Shown here one piece after another: positions 19,002 through 32,042 of a stretch of DNA of 64,000 nt. This DNA comes from an uncultured Acidobacteriota bacterium. GTDB lineage: Bacteria > Acidobacteriota > Thermoanaerobaculia > UBA5066 > Gp7-AA6. Under the pieces are notes generated by a model. That model did not search any database and was not told the origin of the DNA. It worked only from the letters and a program-made list of their open reading frames with translations. The stretch covers positions 64,958 through 128,957 of the forward strand of contig CAVRUT010000013.1 of the NCBI GenBank assembly GCA_963724465.1, in the 5' to 3' direction. Within the stretch, counting starts at the first letter, position 1, and each line of letters starts with the position of its first letter. A program made the position numbers and the translations under genes.

Positions 19002-19541
19002 CTATCCAGCGGCCTTGGTTCCCTTTTCGTGCTTGACCGGCGACAGGATCTGGTAGAGCCGGTTGCCGAGCATCTCGGAGCGCGACTCGGCGATCGCTTT
19101 TCCCGTCAGGTCCACGAGCAGCCGGTCGAGCACCCTCTGGCCGTTCTCGCGGCGGGCCATTTCGCGGCCCCGAAACTGCACGGTGGCCTTGACCTTGTCG
19201 CCGTGCGCCAGAAATTTCTCGATGTTCTTCATCTTGAAATCGTAGTCGTGGTCGTCGATGTTCGGCCGGAACTTGACTTCCTTGACCTGCGTCGTCTTCT
19301 GCTTCTTCTTGGAGTCCTGCTGCTTCTTCTTCTGCTGGTAGATGAACTTCCCGAAGTTCATGATCCGGCAGACCGGCGGCTGGGCCGTGGGCGCGATCTC
19401 GACGAGGTCGAGCCCCGCCTCCCGGGCTTTCACGAGCGCGTCGGCCATCGCCACGACACCGAGCGCCTCGCCCTCCGCCCCGATCAGGCGGACCTCCTTC
19501 CACCGGATCTGCTCGTTGATGCGGATGTTCTTCTTATCGAT
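19002..19541 (-). CDS. infC: translation initiation factor IF-3, non-canonical ATC start
   Basis: Track ORF 19002..19454 lacks the N-domain. In-frame upstream codons [29 protein letters not shown] restore it. An in-frame TGA lies 2 codons upstream of ATC 19541..19539, which follows GGAGGTG by 5 nt. Confidence 0.85.
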   Translation of the reverse strand: MDKKNIRINEQIRWKEVRLIGAEGEALGVVAMADALVKAREAGLDLVEIAPTAQPPVCRIMNFGKFIYQQKKKQQDSKKKQKTTQVKEVKFRPNIDDHDYDFKMKNIEKFLAHGDKVKATVQFRGREMARRENGQRVLDRLLVDLTGKAIAESRSEMLGNRLYQILSPVKHEKGTKAAG

Positions 19542-21486
19542 CTTTCACCTCCGTCGTCAGTTCTCGGGCCTTTGCGGCGACCGCGCGAGCGGACGCCGCG
19601 ACGAACTCCTCGATCGACATGGTTCCGGCGTCTCCGCCGTGGCGCAGGCGGACGGCCGCCGTGCCCGCCGCGGCCTCCTTCTCGCCCACGACGAGCATGG
19701 AGGGAACCTTCTGCATCTCGGCCTTGCGAATGCGCGCGCCGAGCTTTTCGTTGCGGTCGTCGCACTCGACGCGCAGCCCCGCCGCCTTCAGCTTCTCAGC
19801 CGCGGCTCGCGCCGCTCCGGCGAACCGGTCGGACACCGGAAGCAGGACGGCCTGCACGGGGGCGATCCAGAAGGGGAAGTCCCCTCCCGTGTGCTCGATG
19901 AGAATGCCGAGGAAGCGCTCGAGCGAGCCGAGGATCGCCCGGTGCAGCACGACGGGCCGGTGCGGCTTGCCGTCCTCGCCGATGTAGGTCAGGTCGAAGT
20001 TCTCGGGTTGCGCAAAGTCGCACTGGATCGTGCCGAGCTGCCAGGGCCGCCCGATCGCGTCCTTGACGCGGAAGTCGATCTTCGGCCCGTAGAACGCGCC
20101 GTCGCCGGGCGTCACCTGGTACGGGCGTCCGGTCTTGCGCAGGGACTCGTCGAGCGCCGTCTCGGCCCGCCCCCACTGCTCGTCGGTCCCGATGCGCTTG
20201 ACGGGCCGCAGGCCCAGCGAGATCTCGACGTCGGTGAACCCGAACACGCCGTACACGAAGTCGAGGAACTCGAGGAACGCAAAAATCTCGGCCTCGACCT
20301 TCTCGAAGGGCGTGAAGATGTGCCCATCGTCCTGGGCGAACGTGCGCACGCGAGTCAGGCCCGCGGTCACCCCGGAGAGCTCGTAGCGGTGCAGCCTCCC
20401 GAAGTCGGCGAAGCGGACCGGCAGATCGCGGTAGGACCACAGCCTCGTCTGGAAGAGCAGAAAGTGACCCGGACAATTCATCGGTTTGACGCCGAAATCC
20501 CGTTCCTCCACCCGGGTGAAGAACATGTTTTCGCGATAGTTCGTGTAGTGGCCCGACGTCTTGAAGAGCTCCACATCGAAGATCTGCGGCGTGACGATCT
20601 CTTCGTAGCCGCGCTTGCGGTATTCGGAGCGCAGGAGCTCGAGCAGGCCGTTGTACAGCACCGTTCCCTTCGGCAGAAAGAAGGGCGACGCCGGAGCCCA
20701 CGGATGAAAGACGACTAGGTCGAGCTCCTTGCCGAGCTTTCGGTGATCGCGGGCGCGGGCCTCCTCGACCTGCTTCAGGTGCTCGTCGAGTTCCTTCTGC
20801 GTCAGGAAGCAGGCCGCGTAGATGCGCTGCAGCATCGGGTTCTTCTCGTCGCCCTTCCAGTAGGCGCCGGCCGTGTGCGTCAGCTTGAAGACACCGAGCT
20901 TGCCCGTGGACGGGACGTGCGGGCCGCGGCAGAGGTCGATGAAGTCCTTCTGCCGGTAACAGGACACCCGGTCGTCGGGAATGCCCCGGATGATCTCGAC
21001 CTTGAGGGCGTCCTTCTGGCCCTCGAAGATCCGGATCGCCTCCTCCTTCGACATTTCGAGCCGCTCGACGGGGTTGTCCTCGGCGACGATGCGGCGCATC
21101 TCGGTCTCGATCGCGGCAAGGTCGTCGGGCGTGAACGGCCGCTCGGGGTTGAAGTCGTAGTAGTAGCCGTTCTCGATCGCCGGCCCGATGCCGATCTGGA
21201 CCGTCGGAAACAGCCGCTTGACGGCGTTGGCGGTCAGGTGAGCCGTCGAGTGCCGGTAGAGGGACAGGGCGTCGGGCGACTTCGGCGTGACGATCTCCAC
21301 CCTCGCGTCGCTCTCGACGCGCGCGGACAGGTCCACCACCCTGCCGTCGATCTTGCCCGCGAGCGCGTCCTTCGCCAGGCGTGGGCCGATCCCCGCGGCG
21401 ATCTCCCGCAGGCTGGTCCCGGCCGGGACCTTCCTCGTCGAACCGTTGGGAAGCGTGAGGATGACGGACTTAACCAGGGCTTCCAT
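19534..21486 (-). CDS. thrS: threonine--tRNA ligase
   Basis: 650 aa with TGS domain, HSTAH editing motif, class II core and anticodon-binding domain. The stop overlaps the infC start. Confidence 0.95.
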   Translation of the reverse strand: MEALVKSVILTLPNGSTRKVPAGTSLREIAAGIGPRLAKDALAGKIDGRVVDLSARVESDARVEIVTPKSPDALSLYRHSTAHLTANAVKRLFPTVQIGIGPAIENGYYYDFNPERPFTPDDLAAIETEMRRIVAEDNPVERLEMSKEEAIRIFEGQKDALKVEIIRGIPDDRVSCYRQKDFIDLCRGPHVPSTGKLGVFKLTHTAGAYWKGDEKNPMLQRIYAACFLTQKELDEHLKQVEEARARDHRKLGKELDLVVFHPWAPASPFFLPKGTVLYNGLLELLRSEYRKRGYEEIVTPQIFDVELFKTSGHYTNYRENMFFTRVEERDFGVKPMNCPGHFLLFQTRLWSYRDLPVRFADFGRLHRYELSGVTAGLTRVRTFAQDDGHIFTPFEKVEAEIFAFLEFLDFVYGVFGFTDVEISLGLRPVKRIGTDEQWGRAETALDESLRKTGRPYQVTPGDGAFYGPKIDFRVKDAIGRPWQLGTIQCDFAQPENFDLTYIGEDGKPHRPVVLHRAILGSLERFLGILIEHTGGDFPFWIAPVQAVLLPVSDRFAGAARAAAEKLKAAGLRVECDDRNEKLGARIRKAEMQKVPSMLVVGEKEAAAGTAAVRLRHGGDAGTMSIEEFVAASARAVAAKARELTTEVKDR

Positions 21487-21501
21487 TGTCTCCTGCTCTC
21501 C

Positions 21502-21533
21502 AAAAAGAAAAAAACGCGGACACCCCGCGTTTG
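21502..21533 (-). terminator. Rho-independent terminator between tRNA-Val genes and thrS
   Basis: Minus strand AAACGCGG-GGUGU-CCGCGUUU followed by UUUUCUUUUUGG. Only 16 nt separate the U-tract from the thrS ATG. Confidence 0.6.
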
Positions 21534-21543
21534 AAGAATGACT

Positions 21544-21619
21544 TGGTAGGCGCTAACGGGATCGAACCGTTGACCTCTTCCGTGTGAAGGAAGCGCTCTC
21601 CCAGCTGAGCTAAGCGCCT
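21544..21619 (-). tRNA. tRNA-Val (anticodon CAC), CCA encoded
   Basis: Hand-folded cloverleaf: acceptor AGGCGCT/AGCGCCT, D arm GCTC..GAGC, anticodon stem CTTCC/GGAAG with loop TTCACAC, T arm AACGG-TTCGATC-CCGTT, then ACCA. Confidence 0.9.
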
Positions 21620-21633
21620 GAAGTTCGAAGAAT

Positions 21634-21708
<75 letters not shown>

Positions 21709-21931
21709 GTTCTTCGATCCCGGTTTCCCGGGGGGCTAGGGGCCGGAAGCCCGCAGGGGCATTTTCATCCCGGCCTTCGTCCCTGATTGAGAAAGATCAT
21801 GCCCCGGCCTCGGGCGCCGGGACCGCGCAATCTACCAGACGGGGCGGCGGGGAGCAAACGCAGGATGCGGGAGCCGCGAAACGCCCGGGTCCCGCGGCCA
21901 GCCTCCTGCTATATTGATTTCACTCAACCGA

Positions 21932-22864
21932 ATGGAATCCGCGACCCGCAGCCCGCTCGCCTCGCTCACCCGGCGATGGGAGGCGTTGCGCGCGGCGCGG
22001 GCCGAAGCGGCCGCGGCCCGCGAATTCTGGGATGCCGGAGCGCCCGGAGAACCGGAAGACCGCTACTGGGGCTCTCAGCCTCTCGTCCGCCGCGCCATCA
22101 ATCGCCGCGTCACGGGAGACCCGAACCGCTGGCCGATGGAGTGGTTCGCCGACCGGCACGTCCCGGCGCAGCTCGCCCTCGGGCTCTCGATCGGCTGCGG
22201 CACCGGCCTGCTCGAACGAGACGTCCTCGCCAAGGACGTCTGTGAGCGGGTCGAGGGCGTGGACTTCTCGCCCGAAGCGATCGCCGAGGCGAAGCGCGGC
22301 GCGGAGGCGGCGGGCCTCGCGCGAAGGCTCGACTACCGGGTCGAGGACATCAACGCGATCCGTCTGCCGCGGCGGCGGTACGACATCGTCTTCTTCCACG
22401 GCTCACTCCACCACATCCGGGGCGTGGAGTCCGCACTCGCGGAGGTCCAGGCGGCCCTGAAGCCCGGAGGCCTGCTGTTCCTCGACGAGTACATGGGGCC
22501 CTCACGCTCGGACTGGACGGACGACCTCTGGGGGTTTGCGAGGAGCGCCTTCGACGCCCTTCCCGGAGAGCTGAAGAACCGGCCGGAGCTCGCAATTCCG
22601 CTCCCGATGGACGATCCCTCGGAGTCGGTCCGCTCCTCGGCGATCCTGCCCGCAACGCGCCGCCTCTTCGAGGTCCTCGAAGACCGCCCTTACGGGGGAA
22701 ACATTCTCTGGTTCGTCTTCCCGTGCCTCGACATGGCGCGGCTGCGCGATGACGAGACGGGGGCCCTGTCGCGACTGATCGCCCTCGAGGACCACCTCCT
22801 CGAGAAGGGTTGGGTGGAGTCGTACTTTCGGGTCGTCGTGGCGAGGACCCGTCCGACGGACTAG
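21932..22864 (+). CDS. class I SAM-dependent methyltransferase
   Basis: Motif I LSIGCGTGLLE, VEGVDFSPEAI, post-I/II DIVFFHGSLHH, PGGLLFLDEY. ATG 21932 preferred over track TTG 21914. Confidence 0.75.
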   Translation: MESATRSPLASLTRRWEALRAARAEAAAAREFWDAGAPGEPEDRYWGSQPLVRRAINRRVTGDPNRWPMEWFADRHVPAQLALGLSIGCGTGLLERDVLAKDVCERVEGVDFSPEAIAEAKRGAEAAGLARRLDYRVEDINAIRLPRRRYDIVFFHGSLHHIRGVESALAEVQAALKPGGLLFLDEYMGPSRSDWTDDLWGFARSAFDALPGELKNRPELAIPLPMDDPSESVRSSAILPATRRLFEVLEDRPYGGNILWFVFPCLDMARLRDDETGALSRLIALEDHLLEKGWVESYFRVVVARTRPTD

Positions 22865-22889
22865 GCGACCTGCCTCCCGCGTCCGGAAC

Positions 22890-23470
22890 CTACGCCCAGT
22901 CTCCCGCCTTCCTAAACAACACCGGCGCGCCCTCGAGAAGCGTGAGGATCGCCTTCGTCGTCTCCGCGACCGCGAAGAGGATGCGGTCCTCCGTTCTGGC
23001 GTACTTCTTCTGCACGGCGAGCTCGAACTGCTGGAGCAGCGGTGCGAAGTAGCCGCCGATGTTCGCGATGACGATCGGCTTGCCGTGGATGCCCATCTGC
23101 TTCCAGGTGATCATCTCGATGACCTCTTCCATCGTCCCGAAGCCGCCCGGAAACGCGACGAACGCGTCGGAGAGGTCGAACATCAGCTGCTCGCGCTCGT
23201 GCATGGTCCCGACGACCTTCAGCTCCGTGAGCCCCCGGTGCGCCGATTCGCGGCCCTCGAGGGCCTTCGGGATGATGCCCGTCACCTGGCCGCCCGACGG
23301 AGAGCACCTCGTCGGCGAGGGCACCCATCAGGCCGCGCGACGCTCCGCCGTAGACGAGCCGGATCGCCGCGCGCCGCGATCTCGCGCCCGAACGCCCGGA
23401 TCTCCTTCTCGACGGCCGCGTCCGTGTTGGGGCTCGAGCCGCAGTAGACGCAGACGCTCTTCAGGTCCAT
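22890..23470 (-). CDS. LOG family (TIGR00730) nucleotide 5'-monophosphate nucleosidase; 2 frame breaks
   Basis: MDLKSVCVYCGSS (23282..23494), MGALADEVLSVG (22912..23328) and GQVTGIIPKAL...AFPGGFGTMEEV (22890..23324) are consecutive LOG segments in three frames. Shifts near ~23365 and ~23293. Confidence 0.7.
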
Positions 23471-23516
23471 TCGCGCTATCTTACAGTTCCTCACCGCTCG
23501 AGGTCAGGAGGGCCGC

Positions 23517-24241
23517 ATGATCACCAACGCCGAATCGGGAACCAACGTCCACGAGATCGCGGACGGGATCTACCGGATCAACACTCCGCTCTCTCTCGTG
23601 CCCGGAGGGTTTTCGTTCAACCAGTACCTCGTCGTGGACGACGAGCCGCTGTTGTTTCACACCGGACTGAAGCGGATGTTCCCGCTCGTGCGCGACGCGA
23701 TCGGCCGCGTCGTGCCGGTCGAGCGGCTCCGGTACCTCGCCTTCTCGCACTTCGAGTCCGACGAGTGCGGCGCGCTGAACCCCCTGCTCGCCGCGGCCCC
23801 GCGCGCGGTCGCCGGTGTGCAGCCAGGTCGCCGCCATGGTGTCGGTCGAAGACTTCGCGGACCGCGCTCCCCGGCCGCTCGCCCACGGCGAGACGATCCG
23901 CCTCGGAAAACACACCGTGCGCTGGCTCGACGCGCCGCACGTGCCGCACGGCTGGGAGACCGGATTGCTCTTCGAGGAGACCACGCGCACGCTGCTCTGC
24001 GGCGACCTCTTCACCCAGGGCGGCACGGGAGACGCGCCGGTGACCGAATCGGACATCCTCGGCCCGAGCGAGGCGTTTCGCAAGGCGATGGATTACTACT
24101 CGCACTCGAAGAACGCCGGCCCGATCCTCGAGGCCCTCGCGGCGACCGAGCCGACCACGCTGGCCTGCATGCACGGCAGCGCCTGGCGCGGAGACGGCGG
24201 CGGCGCTGCTGCGCGAGCTCGCCCGCTCTCTCGCCGCCTGA
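23517..24241 (+). CDS. MBL-fold / ODP-like metalloprotein; about 2 frame breaks
   Basis: 23517.. frame gives IADGIYRINTP...NQYLVVDDEPLLFHTG...AFSHFESDECG. 23815..24249 continues with VCSQVAAMVSVEDF...WLDAPHVPHGWE...ACMHGSAW. Shifts near ~23810 and ~24200; likely stop TGA 24239..24241. Confidence 0.65.
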
Positions 24242-24254
24242 GGCCGTAAGCGCT

Positions 24255-24830
24255 TCAGCGACGCGACGAAGCGGCTGCCCGGCGCGTCGATCGGCACGCC
24301 CCGCCGGCAGAGCGGGCATTCGGATTCCGGCCAGGAGGGCACCGAGAGCGAGAGCAGCGACGGGCGGGCACCGCGAACGCCCCGGCCGGCAACCCCCGGT
24401 CCACGATGGAGCCGACCGCGACGACGCGGCCGCCCGGCCGCCTCGACCGCCGCGGCGGCCTCCCGCGTGGACTTGCCGGTCGTGAAGACGTCCTCGACGA
24501 CGACGACCGGCGTCCCGGGTTCGAGCGCGAAGCCGCGCCGCAGCGCGAAGGCGCCGTCCTTCCTCTCGACGAACATCGCCGGCAATCCCAGCCCCCGACG
24601 CAGTCTCGTGGCCGATGACGACGCCGCCCGAGCGCCGGCGAGACGACCGCCCGCGGGGCGAACTCGCGCAGCCGCTCGGCCAGCTCCCGGCCCGCCTGCT
24701 CCGCGCGCTCCGGCCACATCAGCAGCCGCGCGCACTGCAGGTAGCGGTCGGAGTGGAGGCCGCTCGAGAGCCGGAAGTGGCCGGTGAGAAGGGCCCCCGT
24801 CTCTTCGAAGTCCTTGAGAGTGATCATCAT
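24255..24830 (-). CDS. pyrE: orotate phosphoribosyltransferase; at least 4 frame breaks
   Basis: N-terminus MMITLKDFEETGALLTGHFRLSSGLHSDRYLQ (24255..24830 frame). PRPP loop VVVVEDVFTTGKSTREA and ...PLCRRGVPIDAPGSR are in the frame of 23617..24735. GGRVVAVGSIVDRG is back in the first frame. Confidence 0.7.
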   Translation of the reverse strand: MMITLKDFEETGALLTGHFRLSSGLHSDRYLQCARLLMWPERAEQAGRELAERLREFAPRAVVSPALGRRRHRPRDCVGGWDCRRCSSRGRTAPSRCGAASRSNPGRRSSSSRTSSRPASPRGRPPRRSRRPGGRVVAVGSIVDRGLPAGAFAVPARRCSRSRCPPGRNPNARSAGGACRSTRRAAASSRR

Positions 24831-24837
24831 CGCGGCT

Positions 24838-26208
<1,371 letters not shown>

Positions 26209-26254
26209 TGACCTTGCGTCCCGCGAAACCTGAAACCCCGGCCCAATATGCCAC

Positions 26255-26284
26255 CAAAAGAAAGCGCCCGCCGAAGCGGGCGCT
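26255..26284 (-). terminator. Rho-independent terminator after degP
   Basis: Minus strand AGCGCCCGC-UUCG-GCGGGCGCU followed by UUCUUUUGG, 26 nt after the stop at 26310. Confidence 0.6.
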
Positions 26285-26309
26285 GACCGTCACGATGCGC
26301 GGGCCGGCG

Positions 26310-27834
26310 TCAATCGCCGATCTTGACCAGGGCGAAGCGGGAGACGTTGGCGCGCGGGCTGTACACGTAGAGCTTCAGGTATTCGCCTTTCTTGGCCTTC
26401 GCGACGAGCTTGCCGAACTCCTCGGTCGTACCGACCTTCTGGCCGTTGACCTGCGTGATGACGTCGCCTTCCTGGATCCCGGCGTCGGCGGCGGCGGAGA
26501 CTTCCTTGACGCGCACCACGACGAGCCCGTCCACGTCGGCCTTGATGCGCTGCATCTGCCGCATCTGGGGCGTGAGCTCCGTGACGTCGATGCCGATCCG
26601 CTCGTGCGAGTCGTCGGAGGCCGTCTTCTCGGGCTCGCCCCTGCCGGCGGTGTCGTCCTTGCGCTCGGCCAGCGCGGCGGTCAGGGTCAGGTCCTTGCCG
26701 TCGCGAACGACGCCGAGCTGCACCTTGCTGCCCGGGGCCTTGCCCGAGACGTAACCGATCAGGTCGCGCGTGTCCTTCACGGGTACGCCGTCCACCTTGA
26801 CGATCGTGTCGCCCGGCTTGACGCCCGCCTTGTCGGCCGGCTTGCCCGGCTCGACCTGACTCGACGAACGCCCCGTCCTCGGACTTCAGATTGAAGGCCG
26901 CTGCGCGGTCGGAGTCGACGTTGACGATGTTGATCCCGAGAAAGCCGCGCGTGACCTTGCCCTTCTCGCGCAACTGCGGAAGGATCTGCTTGAGCGTGTT
27001 CACCGGGACCGCGAAGCCGATGTTCTGGGCGGGCCGGAACATCGCGGTGTTGATGCCGATGACCTCGCCGTTGACGTTGATGAGCGGGCCGCCGGAGTTG
27101 CCGAAGTTGATCGCCGCGTCGGTCTGGATGTAGTTCTCGAAGGACCGCGTCGCCGGATCCCCGGTCAGGCCCGAGCGTTCCTTGGCCGAGACCACGCCGA
27201 CGGTGACGGTCTTGTCGAAGGCGAGCGGGTCGCCGATCGCCATGACCCACTCCCCGACCCGCAGCCTCTCGGAGTCTCCGAGCGGCAGCGGCGTCAGCCG
27301 CTGCTTGGTTTCGACCTTCAGGAGGGCGAGGTCGGTGGCCGTGTCCCGGCCGACCAGCTTGGCCGCGTACCTTTCCTTGTTGTTGATCCGGACCTCGATC
27401 TTGTCGGCGCCGTCGATCACGTGGTTGTTCGTGACGATGTAGCCGTCCTCCGAGATGATGAAGCCGGTGCCGCCCTGGACCTGCTTGTGCTCCTCGTCAT
27501 CGGGCTGCTGGCCACGCCGCTGGTTGCCCGGAGGGCCGAAGAAAAACTCGAACGGATCGCCCTCGCCGAAGGGGTTCGCGTAGCGGCGGCCCTGGCTCCC
27601 CTTGACGATGTCCGTCGAGGTGATGGATACGACCGAGGGCATTGCCTCCTGGGCGATGTCGGCGAAGGAGGGAACGGAGCCCGAGCCGACGCGCGCGTGG
27701 CCCGCCGGGGTCGTCTCCCGCTGCGCCTCGGAGCGCGGGGTGATGTTCACGGAGCTCGCGACGACCATGCCGAAGACGACGGCCGCCGCGATCAGCGCGG
27801 AAAAGGAAAGGGCGCGTTTGGTGGTCTTTTCCAT
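26310..27834 (-). CDS. degP: DegP/HtrA (Do) family periplasmic serine endoprotease with two PDZ domains; 1 frame break near ~26870
   Basis: Signal anchor, catalytic TNNHVI / DLALLKV / GNSGGPL (26290..27927 frame). PDZ regions are in 26310..26795. Removing one nt in GTCGAGTCAGGTCGAG restores ...GAFVSQVEPGKPADKAGVKPGD. ATG 27834 (MEKTTKRAL). Confidence 0.8.
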
Positions 27835-27859
27835 GACGGAAGTCTTTCTCCTCACTACT

Positions 27860-28334
27860 TTAGGTCCCATTGCGGGACATGGAAGAAACGTCGGCCGGGC
27901 CGCCCGCATTCCTCGATTTCGGGGCAATTCCGAAACCCCGGTGCTCGATCAGGATGCATCGGTCCATGGCGACGCCGATTCCCGCGGCCTCGAGCCGGCG
28001 CGCCGAAGCCTCGTCCTCGACGCCGAGCTGCATGAAGAAAAACGGAACTCCGCGGGCGATCGCCTCTTCCGCCACCGGCGCGACGTACTCCGACCGCCGG
28101 AAAACGTCCACGACGTCGATTCGGACTTCGGCAGGCACCGTCGGAGAGCGACGGATAGCAGGGCTCGCCGAGGATCTGCCGGTGGCCGGGGTTGACGGGC
28201 ACCACACGGTAGCCCTGGCGCTGGAGGTAGCGCGCGACCTCGTTGGAGGGGCGCGAGGGGTTCGGCGAGCACCCCACGACGGCGACCGTCCGCGCCGCCT
28301 CGAGGGCAACGCGGATCGACTCCGGCTCGTTCAT
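27860..28334 (-). CDS. CoA-binding domain protein (YccU/YneT-like); 1 frame break near ~28140
   Basis: MNEPESIRVALEAARTVAVVGCSPNPSRPSNEVARYLQRQGYRVVPVNP (end of track ORF 27855..29543) continues as PAEVRIDVVDVFRRSEYV...FFMQLG in 27860..28309. The ATG overlaps the upstream stop (ATGA). Confidence 0.65.
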
Positions 28335-29614
28335 GGCTGCGCTCGGCCCTCCTCGGACTCTGGACGCATGTTGTAGAAGAAGGTTACGGTCACGCCCTCG
28401 CGGTCCTCGTGGAGGGCCTCTGGAAGCGGCCGAAACGGGGAGGACCTCAGGATCGCCTGGAGCGCCGCGTTGTCGAAGGGCGGGATCCCGGAGTAGCGGA
28501 TGATCTGCGCCGCCTCGACGCGGCCGTCGGCCAGGATGTAGAAGCGCACCGTCAGGCTGCCTTTCCATCCGAGGCGGGCGAGCTCGGGGACGTCCCAGTG
28601 CAGCTTGATCCGCCGCACCATCTCGGCCGCGTAGGCGCCCCAGTCGTACCACTTCGTGTCGAAGGAAATTGGGCCCGAGTCCACGAAGCCGCCGTCGGGA
28701 TTGGGCGCCGGCGCCCCGCCCTCGCCTCCCACCGCGCCGCGCGCCGCCTCCTGGATGGCGCGGCCAAGGTCGGCGAGCTTGCCGATCTCGCGGGGGCCGG
28801 TTCCCTGAGGGCGCGCCTCGCTCGGAAACTCCGAGGGCTTCTGGTCCGCGGCTTTTTGCTGGGACTGCCCCTGTTCGGCGGCGGCTTGCCGCTCTGCCTC
28901 GCTCCCCGGCCTCGGCCGGGACTGGACCGGGCCGCCGGGGACGCGCGGGCTCTTCGGCCCGGGAGCGAGGCCCGCGATCCCGGAAGACGGCGGCACGTAC
29001 GGCGTGTCCGACTTCGGTCGCGATCGGTCCCCGCCTCCGGCGCGCCGGTCGGCATCGGACAGGGGCGAGCGTTTCGGGTTCGACCGTGCAGGCCCGGGAG
29101 CATCCTGAAAGATGACGGGGATGGGGCTGTTGTCCCTTGGCGGCGGCTCGAGCATGGGGAAGAGGTCGCCCTTCGAGCCGCCGGGAATGCGCGTCGGCAG
29201 GAAGATCAGCAGCAGGACGAGGGCGACGTGAAAGAGAAGCGAGATCAGGATACCGCGCTCGATCGGGAACGGGCTCGCGGTGTGCTCCTCGAGGCCCGCG
29301 AGCTCGGCGAGCGTGCTGTGGTGCGTGAGCGCCCCGAGGAGCTCTTCGTCCTTGGCGCCCCCCGCTTTGCTCGGGACCGCCAGGGAGAGCATGGACCTCG
29401 GCGCCGGCTCGGCCGACGGCTCGGGTCCTCTGCGGCTGGCGAGGGTTTCGAGCATGCCCTGCACGGGAGGGACGTCGTCGGCTTGCCCGCCCGCGTCCCT
29501 TTCGGCATCGAGCTCTTCGTCCTTCTTCCCGAAGAGGTTCCACCGCCGGCGGGCGCCGATCGCCGCGATCGAGCTCCGCTGGAACGGTAGATCCTGCTCT
29601 TCGGGTTCAGACAC
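28331..29614 (-). CDS. TonB C-terminal domain protein (Pro/Gly-rich periplasmic linker)
   Basis: One TM helix (GILISLLFHVALVLLLIFL), long P/G/S/R-rich linker, C-terminal WKGSLTVRFYILADGRVEAAQIIRYSGIPPFDNAALQAI. Preferred GTG 29614 after AAGGGAG. Confidence 0.65.
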   Translation of the reverse strand: MSEPEEQDLPFQRSSIAAIGARRRWNLFGKKDEELDAERDAGGQADDVPPVQGMLETLASRRGPEPSAEPAPRSMLSLAVPSKAGGAKDEELLGALTHHSTLAELAGLEEHTASPFPIERGILISLLFHVALVLLLIFLPTRIPGGSKGDLFPMLEPPPRDNSPIPVIFQDAPGPARSNPKRSPLSDADRRAGGGDRSRPKSDTPYVPPSSGIAGLAPGPKSPRVPGGPVQSRPRPGSEAERQAAAEQGQSQQKAADQKPSEFPSEARPQGTGPREIGKLADLGRAIQEAARGAVGGEGGAPAPNPDGGFVDSGPISFDTKWYDWGAYAAEMVRRIKLHWDVPELARLGWKGSLTVRFYILADGRVEAAQIIRYSGIPPFDNAALQAILRSSPFRPLPEALHEDREGVTVTFFYNMRPESEEGRAQP

Positions 29615-29972
29615 GCAAATCTCCCTTGGGCGTCCTGGCCGCCTCTCTCCCGTAACGCGCTGTGTCCCGCCGGGATTCTCGGGATTGTAGACTCCGCCGG
29701 TGCCGCCGAGGAGGCTGCCGCGCGACGGTCCTGATCCGCGCCGGCCTTGCCGCAGCACCTCGCGCCCGCGGAAGCGATCGCGATCTACGGCTTCGTCCTC
29801 GGGTGCTTCTCGGCGGCTCGGCCGGCCCGGTCCTCGCCCTCTTCGCCGCCAGATTCGCGGCGCGGCTGCCGTGCCTCCCCGGCCCGCAGGCCGGGAAGGA
29901 AGCCTCCCGGTTGGCGCGCGACCGCAACCCCTGCTCCCTCAACGGCCGGGCCCCGCTCGCCGTTTCACCAGT

Positions 29973-30002
29973 TTGGCTCGACTGGCGCCCATCTGATATA
30001 AA
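29973..30002 (+). promoter_or_regulatory. candidate sigma70-type promoter of rimP-nusA-infB operon
   Basis: TTGGCT (29973..29978), 18-nt spacer, TATAAA (29997..30002). AT-rich island in GC-rich DNA. Confidence 0.35.
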
Positions 30003-30020
30003 CCCCCTGTTTCGCGCAGT

Positions 30021-30042
30021 GCGGGCTCGAGCCCGCTTTTTT
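30021..30042 (+). terminator. intrinsic-terminator-like hairpin in the rimP/nusA leader (candidate attenuator)
   Basis: Perfect palindrome GCGGGC-TCGA-GCCCGC followed by TTTTTT, ending 5 nt before the rimP ATG. Confidence 0.5.
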
Positions 30043-30047
30043 GTTCG

Positions 30048-30589
30048 ATGAAAACGCCTCTAGGTGAAAGAACGACCCTCGAAATCGAGGCCATCGCGCG
30101 GGAGAAGGGGTGCCGGTTGCTGGCCATCGAGTCGGCCGGAACCGGACGCTTCACCGTGCTCCGGGTCGTGCTCGAGCGGCAGGACGGCGGTGCCGTGACG
30201 GTCGAGGACTGCGAAGCCGTTTCGCGCGACGTCTCGCCGGTCCTCGACGCGTCCGACGAGATCCCCCACCGCTACACCCTCGAAGTCTCCTCGGCGGGCC
30301 TCGACCGCAAGCTCTACTCGCTCGAGGACGCCGAGCGATTCGTCGGCCACCGCGTCCGAGTGAAGACCGACGAGCCCGTCGTCCCGCGACCCCTCGAAGT
30401 GCCGGGCGCGAAGCCCCCGGCGATCTCGCCGGCGCGCAACTTCGGCGGACTGCTCGAGAAGGTGAACGGGGACGTGCTGACCGTCGTTGATGAGGCGGAA
30501 CGCAGAATCTATAATGTCCGTTTCGGCGATATTCGACTCGCCCGGCTCGACTTCGAGTGGCCGGAGCGGGGCGATAGGAGATCGGGTCC

Positions 30590-30593
<4 letters not shown>
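30048..30593 (+). CDS. rimP: ribosome maturation factor RimP
   Basis: 181 aa, GCRLLAIESAGTG..LRVVLER...YTLEVSSAGLDRKL, immediately upstream of nusA with ATGA overlap. Confidence 0.85.
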
Positions 30594-32032
<1,439 letters not shown>

Positions 32033-32042
32033 AGCGCGCCGC

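Noticed and set aside
29615-30047. Expected tRNA-fMet (metY-like) or a small ORF upstream of rimP, as in E. coli
   Set aside because: No cloverleaf or T-loop consensus (GGTTCGAATCC-like) is present. The candidate ORFs (29662..30051, 29700..29996, 29747..30001) are Arg/Pro-rich with no convincing coding pattern. A short TM-like stretch (IAIYGFVLGCFSA) is not enough to call a gene.
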